Shown piece after piece: positions 8,974 through 17,538 of a stretch of DNA of 64,000 nt. The position numbers and the translations under genes are program-made. Source of the stretch: Alphaproteobacteria bacterium (GTDB lineage Bacteria; Pseudomonadota; Alphaproteobacteria; JBFXJJ01). The DNA lies in contig JBFXJJ010000002.1 of assembly GCA_050175015.1 (NCBI GenBank), positions 96,001 to 160,000 on the forward strand. The letters run 5' to 3'. Under the pieces are notes generated by a model, which was given only the letters and a program-made list of their open reading frames with translations, searched no databases and had not been told where the DNA came from. Every line of letters begins with the position of its first letter. Position 1 is the first letter of the stretch.

Positions 8974-10389
8974 TTGCAAATTAATGTCGAGAACATCGTA
9001 AACGAAATTTCAAAACTGGAAACAACGGCGGCTTTCGGCAGAGTTTCGGCTGTTAAAGGTTTGTTATTAGAAGCCAGCGGCATCATTACTGGTGCCTCTG
9101 TTGGAGATTTTTGTTTTGTTCATACCAGAGATGGCAGCAAGGTGCCATGCGAAATCATAGGTTTTTCTTCGGATAAACTGCTTTTGATGCCTTTTTCCAG
9201 CCTAGATGGCATAGGTCCTGGCAACAAGTTAGAATTAACTAACACCAAATCTGTTGTTTACCCCCACCCATCTTGGCTGGGTCGAATTATCGATGCGATG
9301 GGAAATCCTGTAGACGGTAAAGGTCCATTAATTAAAGGCGACTTACCCATACCAATCAAAAACCGCCCGCCTCCATCTCATAGAAGGCAGAGAGTAAAAG
9401 GCAAAGTCGATTTGGGCATAAGAGCTATGAACGCTTTTCTTACTATGTGTAAAGGACAGCGTATGGGAATTTTTGCAGGTTCTGGTGTTGGCAAATCATC
9501 AATGATGTCAATGATTGCAAGACATTCTAATATTGATGTTGCTGTAATTGGGCTTATCGGCGAACGTGGCCGTGAAGCCAGAGAATTTATTGAAGACGAT
9601 TTGGGCGAAGAAGGTCTTAAGAAAAGCGTTGTTGTGGTCGCGACATCAGATGAAAGTCCGCTTATGCGCCGTCAAAGTGCTTATATGGCAATGGCTGTTG
9701 CTGAATATTTTAGAGACATTGGACATAACGTGTTATCAATGATGGACTCTATTACTCGTTTTGCTATGGCCCAAAGAGAAATCAGTCTTTCTGCAGGTGA
9801 ACCTCCTGCCAGCAAAGGATATACGCCAACCGTTTTTGCTGAACTCCCCAAGCTCTTAGAACGAGCAGGACCGGGCGAAATCGGCAAAGGTTCTATTACA
9901 GGACTATTTACCGTTCTGGTAGAAGGTGATGATCATAATGAACCTATCGCTGATGCGGTTAGAGGTATTCTTGATGGACACGTTGTTCTTGACAGATCTA
10001 TTGCCGAGCGCGGCCGTTATCCTGCAATTAACATTCTTCGCAGCATTTCAAGAACGATACCAGGCTGCAACAACGACCGAGAAAATACGCTTCTAAGAAA
10101 AGCTAAAAGTTACCTTGCTGTTTATGAAGATATGGCTGAACTAATCAGATTAGGAGCTTACCGCAAAGGGACTAATCCTGAAGTTGACGAAGCTATTTTC
10201 TATTATCCTAAAATTGAAGAATTTGTTTCTCAGTTAAAAACAGAAAAAACCGATTTAAAAACCTGCTATGATCTATTAGAACAAATTTTAGCGTCACAAA
10301 CAGTTGAAATGCCAATAGAGCAGCCTAAAAATGAACCTCAAAAAATTGGCACAGAAACAAAATTAAAACGAAACAAAGTTAAAAGATAA
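8974..10389 (+). CDS. fliI: Flagellar export ATPase FliI
   Basis: Walker A GIFAGSGVGKS, LIGERGRE, MDSITRFAMAQREI, GILDGHVVL; followed by fliJ. Confidence 0.96.
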   Translation: MQINVENIVNEISKLETTAAFGRVSAVKGLLLEASGIITGASVGDFCFVHTRDGSKVPCEIIGFSSDKLLLMPFSSLDGIGPGNKLELTNTKSVVYPHPSWLGRIIDAMGNPVDGKGPLIKGDLPIPIKNRPPPSHRRQRVKGKVDLGIRAMNAFLTMCKGQRMGIFAGSGVGKSSMMSMIARHSNIDVAVIGLIGERGREAREFIEDDLGEEGLKKSVVVVATSDESPLMRRQSAYMAMAVAEYFRDIGHNVLSMMDSITRFAMAQREISLSAGEPPASKGYTPTVFAELPKLLERAGPGEIGKGSITGLFTVLVEGDDHNEPIADAVRGILDGHVVLDRSIAERGRYPAINILRSISRTIPGCNNDRENTLLRKAKSYLAVYEDMAELIRLGAYRKGTNPEVDEAIFYYPKIEEFVSQLKTEKTDLKTCYDLLEQILASQTVEMPIEQPKNEPQKIGTETKLKRNKVKR

Positions 10390-10413
10390 AAAGTTCTAAC
10401 GGTTTGATAAAAA

Positions 10414-10863
10414 ATGTCTGAAGATCTCTATGCATTAATACGATTAAAAAAATGGGAAATCGATGAAAAAAGGCGAGCCCTTGCTGACTTATTTTCTCAA
10501 GAAGAAAAAGTTATTAATAACATAAAAAAACTGCTTGAAGAACTTGAAGAAGAAAAAAGAACGGCAGCCTTGGATATCCAATATCGTATTACTTATGATA
10601 TTTATGTGCAGAAAAACATTAAAATCAGACAAAGCCTAGATGGTATTTTAATAAAGACCAGACAAAGAATACAAGAAGTTCAAGATGAACTTGCCATTCT
10701 TTTCCAAGATTTAAAGACCTATGAGATAAGCCAAGAAAACCGAGAAAAACGCCGAGCCGAAGAATTAAAGATTAAAGAACAGAATAAACTTGATGAAATT
10801 GGGCTTAATCTTCATCGCCGCCGCCATAATGATGAAAACCACGAAAATGATGAAGAAATTTAG
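10414..10863 (+). CDS. fliJ: Flagellar export protein FliJ
   Basis: Coiled coil LIRLKKWEIDEKRRAL...EQNKLDEIGL; directly after fliI. Confidence 0.88.
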   Translation: MSEDLYALIRLKKWEIDEKRRALADLFSQEEKVINNIKKLLEELEEEKRTAALDIQYRITYDIYVQKNIKIRQSLDGILIKTRQRIQEVQDELAILFQDLKTYEISQENREKRRAEELKIKEQNKLDEIGLNLHRRRHNDENHENDEEI

Positions 10864-10872
10864 CACATAACC

Positions 10873-10900
10873 TTGACTATTTTTTTTCAAATTCTATAAT
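10873..10900 (+). promoter_or_regulatory. Sigma-70 promoter for speG
   Basis: TTGACT-16 bp-TATAAT, about 50 bp upstream of the ATG. Confidence 0.65.
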
Positions 10901-10952
10901 TTAGTCATCTATTCAATATAAAAATCAATATTTTTAAAAAATCAGAAAAAAA

Positions 10953-11474
10953 ATGACATTAAATGTAAAATTACGTCCTCTCGAAAGAGAAGACTTGAGG
11001 TTTGTTCACAAATTAGACAACAACCAAACAATTATTCGTTATTGGTTTGAAGAACCCTATGAAGCTTTTGTTGAACTTAGCGATCTTTATGACAAACATA
11101 TTCACGATCAAACCGAGCGCAGGTTTATAATTGAAAATGATGAACAACAAGTGGGATTAGTAGAAATTGTTGAGATAAACTATACTCATAGGCGTGCTGA
11201 ATTCCAGATTATAATTACCCCAGAGTACCAAGGAAAGGGCTTTGCAACCAAAGCTGCCAGACTTGCAATTGACTATGCTTTTAATGTTCTCAATCTTTAC
11301 AAAATATATCTAATTGTTGACTGCGATAACGCTCCAGCTATCAAAATTTATAAAAAACTCGGCTTCAAAGAAGAAGGGACTTTAATAAAGGAATTCTTTG
11401 TTGAGGGACGCTACAAGAACGCCTACAGAATGGCGCTGTTTCAAGAAGAATACCTTGCCGCAATCGGCCTTTAG
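10953..11474 (+). CDS. speG: Spermidine N1-acetyltransferase SpeG (GNAT)
   Basis: [63 protein letters not shown] match SpeG. Confidence 0.93.
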   Translation: MTLNVKLRPLEREDLRFVHKLDNNQTIIRYWFEEPYEAFVELSDLYDKHIHDQTERRFIIENDEQQVGLVEIVEINYTHRRAEFQIIITPEYQGKGFATKAARLAIDYAFNVLNLYKIYLIVDCDNAPAIKIYKKLGFKEEGTLIKEFFVEGRYKNAYRMALFQEEYLAAIGL

Positions 11475-11553
11475 AGTGTTTGGCGTTTAGTTGTACGTAA
11501 ATTATAGCGTTTTTAGAGCATATTTTAATCTTAGCTATGCCCCAAAGCGTTCT

Positions 11554-12645
11554 TCAATTAGCAGTATTATCAGTTAGGTTTTTTTCTAAAAATTCAGAAA
11601 TAACAAAACCTTCCGCTTCATCGGTTTTAACTTTTACCCATAGGGTTCCAGGAACAAGCCCGATTATTCTTAATGTCGTGCCTTTAAAGGCGCCAGAGAC
11701 AATTCCAAATTCAAAACCGGGTCCCTGATAAATATTAATATAATCGTATTTAACCTTATAAATAAGATTTTCATCTAAAGGATCATCGGGCAAATTAACA
11801 ACTTTTAAGCTTTCCTGTTCATTTTCATTATATGAATCACTAATTTGTTTATCAATTTTGGGAACATAATAATAGTATCCCATAACTCCTAGAAGAGTAA
11901 TCATCATTACTAAAGGCGCCACCTGAATTGCGAAATAACTAACACCGTTTTTCCATTTATCTTTTCTGGGTTCAACGTCTTTTAAGCTTTTTAACAATTG
12001 ATTTATACTATTTACCTGAGATGGAACCTTTGTAAACTTTAATGCTTCAGTTGCCGCATTTTTAGCTTCTGGATAATTTCCTTTTTCTATTAAATATTTA
12101 GCATAATGGATTAGAAGCCTTGAATTAAGCTTGTTAGGTTTTTTTCCGCCTTTGATGTTATTTAGTAATGCGACAACCGCTTTCATTGTCCCAAAAGGAA
12201 ACAGCCAAATGCCAGAAAGCCACGTTCTCATACTTGCTCTAACTGCGGCAATACCCGCACATTTCAAGCAAAACACGCCCTTGATTACTCTCGGCACCGT
12301 TTTGAATTTATGGTTTGTAACTTCCTTGAATATTACAAAACGCAGGTTGCGCGATTTAGTGTGGCACATAGAACAACAAGGCTCATCTTCTAAATCTAAT
12401 TCAGCATCATCTGCATTATTTGTTATATCATAAGCTAATTTCATTTTAGGGTCTGCCAAAGTTTTGTATGCTTCAAGCAGCTTTGCAAATTCTTCTGCGG
12501 CATTTTCGGCATTGTTTTTATCGGGGTGAACTTTTTTGGCTTTTTGATGATACGCACTTTTAATCGCGTCGGAGTCAGCATCTTTATTGACTCCAATTAT
12601 TGAATAAAAATCTTCTTTTCCTTTTTTGTTATTAGGAAGCATCAT
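11554..12645 (-). CDS. J-domain protein with CxxC pairs, TPR-like helix, TM segment(s) and C-terminal SH3b-like domain
   Basis: DFYSIIGV...AKKVHPDKN (HPD); CSMC/CLKC; hydrophobic YFAIQVAPLVMMITLLGVMGYYYYV; INIYQGPG...WVKVKTDEAEGFV. Confidence 0.85.
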   Translation of the reverse strand: MMLPNNKKGKEDFYSIIGVNKDADSDAIKSAYHQKAKKVHPDKNNAENAAEEFAKLLEAYKTLADPKMKLAYDITNNADDAELDLEDEPCCSMCHTKSRNLRFVIFKEVTNHKFKTVPRVIKGVFCLKCAGIAAVRASMRTWLSGIWLFPFGTMKAVVALLNNIKGGKKPNKLNSRLLIHYAKYLIEKGNYPEAKNAATEALKFTKVPSQVNSINQLLKSLKDVEPRKDKWKNGVSYFAIQVAPLVMMITLLGVMGYYYYVPKIDKQISDSYNENEQESLKVVNLPDDPLDENLIYKVKYDYINIYQGPGFEFGIVSGAFKGTTLRIIGLVPGTLWVKVKTDEAEGFVISEFLEKNLTDNTAN

Positions 12646-13736
12646 TTTCCTTCTGAATTTAGCGGCGTAGTATCAAAGATTATATTATCAAGTGGTAATG
12701 GCTTTTTGCCAAATCCTTTTTTTAAATAATCCCTATCTATAAAACCAACAATCCCATCTGGCATCATTATCCTTGCCCAACTAGAATCAACCGTCATTCC
12801 TGTAAGTCTAACGGTCGTCTCTTTTTCAATAACTCTTAATAAATCATATTCCGTAGAAGGTCCGTGGAAAACTTTGCTTTCTTTCCTTGTATGATAAATC
12901 ATTTTTTCATCTTTAATATCGACAGGAATAGCCAAAACATTCTGCCCTATAACATTATCTTGAACAGCGTTATATTCTGGAACTTTAAGTCGGGAAAAAA
13001 CATCTGCAATATTTTGATATTTAACGATTGCCAATAGTATCAAAAACACCGCCCCTGATACCGAGCTTATTATCAAAGCTTCTTTCTTATATTTTAAAAA
13101 ATTAAACGGCTCTTTCCACTGATTTTTATGAACAACCCTGCCTTCTGCATCAAGCTCGGCAACAATATTGTTCAATGATGTTTTAATACTTTCATCATCA
13201 GTTAAAAGAAGCGCCTGCTTAGCCGTTATAACCGCATTATCATACTGTTCCGCAGTAATAAAACTCAGCATTTGCTCAAGCGTTAATAATAAACTCTTAA
13301 AAACATCAACGTCTTTTTTTCCTACTTTCCTAGCGCACGCATAACACAAAGCTTTATTATAAGCGTCGTTTTTCATAATTCTTAATTGAGGAGAAACACA
13401 GCCGCATTTAGAACAGCGCTTAAAATCAAGGTTAAACTTTCGGCTGTCTGTTGTTACATATTCCGACAAGTATTTAATATCATAAATATTGCGCAAGAGG
13501 TTGTCGCTAAGAATATCACTTGCTGCCTTTAAGAATCTAAACCGAAATTCGGCATCTGGCGTTTTGTTATAATCTGGGTGAAGCTCCTTTGCTTTTTGGC
13601 GGTAGGCCAATTTAATATCATCACCAGAAGCACTAGGCTCTAGCCCCATAATATTATAGTAATTTAAAGCATCTTTATGCCAAACTGTTTCTTTATTATA
13701 AGTTCTTGGTTTAAAATTTTTATTTTTACTATTCAT
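12642..13736 (-). CDS. Paralogous J-domain protein with CxxC pairs, TM segment and C-terminal SH3b-like domain
   Basis: NYYNIMGL...AKELHPDYN; CSKC/CYAC; TM ALIISSVSGAVFLILLAIV; KVFHGPSTEYD...WARIMMPDGIVGFI; ATGA overlap with the next gene. Confidence 0.85.
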   Translation of the reverse strand: MNSKNKNFKPRTYNKETVWHKDALNYYNIMGLEPSASGDDIKLAYRQKAKELHPDYNKTPDAEFRFRFLKAASDILSDNLLRNIYDIKYLSEYVTTDSRKFNLDFKRCSKCGCVSPQLRIMKNDAYNKALCYACARKVGKKDVDVFKSLLLTLEQMLSFITAEQYDNAVITAKQALLLTDDESIKTSLNNIVAELDAEGRVVHKNQWKEPFNFLKYKKEALIISSVSGAVFLILLAIVKYQNIADVFSRLKVPEYNAVQDNVIGQNVLAIPVDIKDEKMIYHTRKESKVFHGPSTEYDLLRVIEKETTVRLTGMTVDSSWARIMMPDGIVGFIDRDYLKKGFGKKPLPLDNIIFDTTPLNSEGK

Positions 13737-13741
13737 AATTA

Positions 13742-15742
13742 CTAGATAATCAAGCCTTCCGTTTTGCCAGAAGCATTTTCTTCATTAGTAATATCATAAA
13801 AATCATTAGTTACCATAAAGGAAAGCGTCCCTGCATAGCCAAAGGCGTCTAAAGTATCTCTAAAAATTCTGCCAACACCAGCGGCAACCCCAGATGGCAA
13901 CTCCTGCTTATTACGCAAAATAATATCAAGCCTTTTTAACGACTTAACAACCAAAGTATCGATCTGCATTTCTCCTAAACGACTAAGACTGAAATTAACT
14001 AAAAACCTTTGCTTATCCGCTTTTATGGCTTTATTCTTATTCCCGCCGCCCTCTCTGCGAATAACCGCTTTGATTGATTTTATCTCATTATTAGGAGTCA
14101 TAAATGGAATATCAAAACTTTTCCAATCTTTAGTTTGTTCACTGCGCCTATGACCTTCTTTGATTTCAGCACTAAGCTTTTCAATTAGTTTTGAGCCTGA
14201 TTTAGTTTTACTAAGCGCATTTATAATATCATTATTTATAAATGCTGAAAGATCATCATTAGAAACAGCATTAATAAAATTAAAAACTGATGCGGTTAAG
14301 CTGCTGTTTGCTTGAGGTATTTTTGCTGCCAGCATATTTGATACTAAAGGGGCTTCCTGTGTCAGTGTTCTAAAATCTGCGGCAATATCTTTAATGTTAG
14401 GATTGTCATCATATTTTAACGAAAAGAGCTGTTCTTTAGCTCCAAACATTTTAATCTTTGAACCGTCGATAGAAATCACCTCGACATCAACTTTGGCATC
14501 AAGAGGAAGCGGCGTTTTAGTATCCAAAAGCATCACCCCCGCATTAGATACAACAATACTCTGACCACCACTAGTTCTTCCCGCAACCTGCCCTGTAAAC
14601 ATTAAAGATTCCTTCAGAGATTCGGTAGTCATAACCTTACTACTCTCTGTCAAAACATTGTTAGCACTCAAATCTTGAGAAATAATTTGCCCCTTATTGC
14701 TTGCTGTATTTAATAAAGCGCTGTTTTTTATGTTTAAATCTGTTTTAAAAACCGAAGTTTTTGATGTTAAGCCAACTTGTGTTTTATCATTGCCCAAATT
14801 GTTTGCATCTTTAGCTATTTTTAAACCTGAGCCAGAATTATCTGAACCCAAACTCACAGCTTTTTCTACCTTTAAATCTAAGCTATTGCCCTTGACTGAT
14901 TTTGCACCCTCGAAATCAGACCTATTTTGCTTAATATCGGGGTTATCCTTAACGATATTACTGGCAGTATTAACTGTTTTTTGCTCTACGCTCGATTGCT
15001 CTGGCTTGATGACGGTCTCTTTCTGATTATCTAAGTTTGTCTGCTCAGAATTTGTATCCTTCAAATTATCAAAACCCGTTATCCGCAAAACAACTTTACT
15101 GCCGCTTGGAATGCTTAAATCTTGCTGTCCTGTTTTGGCTGCAACATCAGATATAATCTTGTCAAGATTACGACTTAAATCCGCATCTTTCATAATTAAA
15201 TCTTTTGTAAAAAGATCGCCTTCTTTAACATTATTATTAAAAATATCTGAATTTAAAACTATTGCTGTTATCGGCTTGCCGTGATCAAAAACAACCCCCG
15301 ATTTATCGGCTCTAGCAAGATTTGTAATATTAGGAAAATCTTTTGGATTATTTTTCTCAAAACCAGAATTTTGCTGTGTCTCTAAAAATGCCTTCAAGTT
15401 ATCAATGCTGGTTTTTTCTAAAATTTTGAACGCTGTATGGCCGTTAACGCTAGTACTGGTTATTTCAAGCTGCATAAAAGTTTTTTCTGGCAAAGTTGCC
15501 GGAATTTTAATTTCAAACTCTAAAAGCTTTTTAGAATTAGCGGCATCTTCTCCGCTTATATTAAGAAAGTATGCTTTTGCTAATTCTGGATTCTTAGCAT
15601 CTTTAACCACAATAAGTTCTACTGCCGTTCCTTGAGGCAGAGAAGTTATTTCCTGCGGAGCTTTATTCGCAATAACCACGTTTGTCCCCGCCAAAGAAAT
15701 ATTAGAAAACATATTTATGGTAGGCGGTGGAACATTAGTCAT
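13742..15742 (-). CDS. Hypothetical protein with a FliK-like C-terminal domain
   Basis: C-terminal WKSFDIPF...RFLVNFSLSRLGEMQIDTLV...LDIILR resembles the FliK/Flg_hook C-terminal fold; 1 bp from flhG. Confidence 0.65.
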   Translation of the reverse strand: MTNVPPPTINMFSNISLAGTNVVIANKAPQEITSLPQGTAVELIVVKDAKNPELAKAYFLNISGEDAANSKKLLEFEIKIPATLPEKTFMQLEITSTSVNGHTAFKILEKTSIDNLKAFLETQQNSGFEKNNPKDFPNITNLARADKSGVVFDHGKPITAIVLNSDIFNNNVKEGDLFTKDLIMKDADLSRNLDKIISDVAAKTGQQDLSIPSGSKVVLRITGFDNLKDTNSEQTNLDNQKETVIKPEQSSVEQKTVNTASNIVKDNPDIKQNRSDFEGAKSVKGNSLDLKVEKAVSLGSDNSGSGLKIAKDANNLGNDKTQVGLTSKTSVFKTDLNIKNSALLNTASNKGQIISQDLSANNVLTESSKVMTTESLKESLMFTGQVAGRTSGGQSIVVSNAGVMLLDTKTPLPLDAKVDVEVISIDGSKIKMFGAKEQLFSLKYDDNPNIKDIAADFRTLTQEAPLVSNMLAAKIPQANSSLTASVFNFINAVSNDDLSAFINNDIINALSKTKSGSKLIEKLSAEIKEGHRRSEQTKDWKSFDIPFMTPNNEIKSIKAVIRREGGGNKNKAIKADKQRFLVNFSLSRLGEMQIDTLVVKSLKRLDIILRNKQELPSGVAAGVGRIFRDTLDAFGYAGTLSFMVTNDFYDITNEENASGKTEGLII

Positions 15743-15743
15743 A

Positions 15744-16490
15744 TCAATTCTCGTCTTGAAGAATTAATTTAGCTATTTTATCAACATCTTCAGCCGCTTC
15801 GGTATTGGGATATCTGGTAATTATAGATTTTTGATTACGGATAGCATCCCTAACCTTGGTATCTCTGCGGATAATACCTAATAATGGCGGCGAAATTTTA
15901 AGAAAACTATTACAAGCTTTTAAAAGCGTTTCATAAGTACGCTGACCTTCACGCACCGAATTAGCGGCATTAATAACAATTTTAATATTGGCTTTAGGAT
16001 TATCCATAACTGAAACTTTAATAAAAGCATACGCATCGGTTAAAGACGTCGGTTCATCAGTACAAATTACAATAATAGAACCAGCGTTTTTGGAAAAAAG
16101 CCTAACATTTTTTTCAACACCAGCTCCTAAATCCAAAATAGTTTTATCATACGATTTAGCAACAATCATCAAATCGTCCCAAAGCATCTGCAGCCTACCT
16201 ATTGGGATATTGGCCAGTCCTCCTGACCCAGAACGCCCAACAAGAACATCGAAATTGCCCGCATCAAAAGTTGCTATTGCCTGATTTAAAGTTATTCTGC
16301 CCGCAACAACTTCCCCCAAATCATGAGGAGCCATAAGCCCTAGTTGAATATCTACATTTGCAAGACCTAAATCGGCATCAAACAGTAAAACTTTTTTGTT
16401 ATTATTAGCAAGAGTATGAGACAGCGTAATAGAAAACCACGTTTTCCCAACTCCTCCTTTACCAGATGCAACTGCAATAACATTCTTCAT
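15744..16490 (-). CDS. flhG: MinD-like flagellar number regulator FlhG/FleN
   Basis: ASGKGGVGKT, FDADLGLANVD, EPTSLTDAYAFIK; downstream of flhF. Confidence 0.92.
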   Translation of the reverse strand: MKNVIAVASGKGGVGKTWFSITLSHTLANNNKKVLLFDADLGLANVDIQLGLMAPHDLGEVVAGRITLNQAIATFDAGNFDVLVGRSGSGGLANIPIGRLQMLWDDLMIVAKSYDKTILDLGAGVEKNVRLFSKNAGSIIVICTDEPTSLTDAYAFIKVSVMDNPKANIKIVINAANSVREGQRTYETLLKACNSFLKISPPLLGIIRRDTKVRDAIRNQKSIITRYPNTEAAEDVDKIAKLILQDEN

Positions 16491-16551
16491 ATCGTTCTTT
16501 CCATATATTCTTAAGGCAAAATACTTCTTTTAAAATTTATGTCCTTTTTAT

Positions 16552-17526
16552 TTAATCAAATAGGTTCTGTCCGCTGCTGGAATTAGTTGTTAAAATTAAG
16601 CGAGCTAAAGACAATGAGTTAATCGCACAAAGTCCGCTAGCAACGTGAGGATTAATACTAACTTCACAAAATGACAAATTAGCCTTATAAGCAGCATTTA
16701 AAAGAGCCCCAAGCCTTCTTGTCATATCAAGCCTTGTCGCAATCATTCTTGCAGTACCTATGCTCGCAAATCTTTCGGCAATATCAGAATTTTCATCAGC
16801 ATCACCTCCAGCTGCTAAAACAAGGACAGGCTCGGCATTGGCGGCTTCAGTCAACATCTGAATTAAATCTAAATCGTGGTCGGAAAAAGGATTAATCCCT
16901 GGACTATCAATATAGATATAATCACAAGTACTCGAAAGCTCTGCTACAGTCCGCCCTAAACTTTCAGGTCCTTTTACTTTTTTAAGATCTATCTGCAAAA
17001 TTTCCGTAAAAGCCGAAAGCTGTCCAACCGCTCCAGCCCTTACGGTATCAGCGGTAATAACACCAACATTATATTTTGCAAGCCGGCTTCTTGCCGCCAG
17101 TTTTGCAACCGTAATTGTTTTTCCGCTTCCTGGCGTTCCGACAATAATAAATGGTCGATAAGACGACCCTTCAGGAAACGGTGCAAAGGAAAATATCTTA
17201 TCTAGACTGCTTGATAAAGCGACAACAATATCATTTTGTTTTTTAGGAAGATATGCCAGTATTTTTTCAGCAATATCATCTGGAACACGATGAAATTCAA
17301 GAGCTTTCTTCACCGTAGAATTGATTGGATTGATAATTTGTTCCAAAGAGAAAGCATTTTCTAAATCATTATCAGCAAAACTTTCTTCCTTTGCGGCGAC
17401 AATACGCATACCTTCACCGTCAGATATCTTCTGCGTTGATATAATTACAGCTTCATCTCCCAGCTCTTCTTTTACAAGAGCCATAGCTTCTGTAATTGTT
17501 GGTGCGGTATAAGTTTTAATACGCAT
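16552..17526 (-). CDS. flhF: SRP-family GTPase FlhF
   Basis: MRIKTYTA...EAMALVKEELGDEAVIIS, GTPGSGKT, DTVRAGA, DSPG, TRLD. Confidence 0.92.
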   Translation of the reverse strand: MRIKTYTAPTITEAMALVKEELGDEAVIISTQKISDGEGMRIVAAKEESFADNDLENAFSLEQIINPINSTVKKALEFHRVPDDIAEKILAYLPKKQNDIVVALSSSLDKIFSFAPFPEGSSYRPFIIVGTPGSGKTITVAKLAARSRLAKYNVGVITADTVRAGAVGQLSAFTEILQIDLKKVKGPESLGRTVAELSSTCDYIYIDSPGINPFSDHDLDLIQMLTEAANAEPVLVLAAGGDADENSDIAERFASIGTARMIATRLDMTRRLGALLNAAYKANLSFCEVSINPHVASGLCAINSLSLARLILTTNSSSGQNLFD

Positions 17527-17538
17527 TTATCAGCCTTT

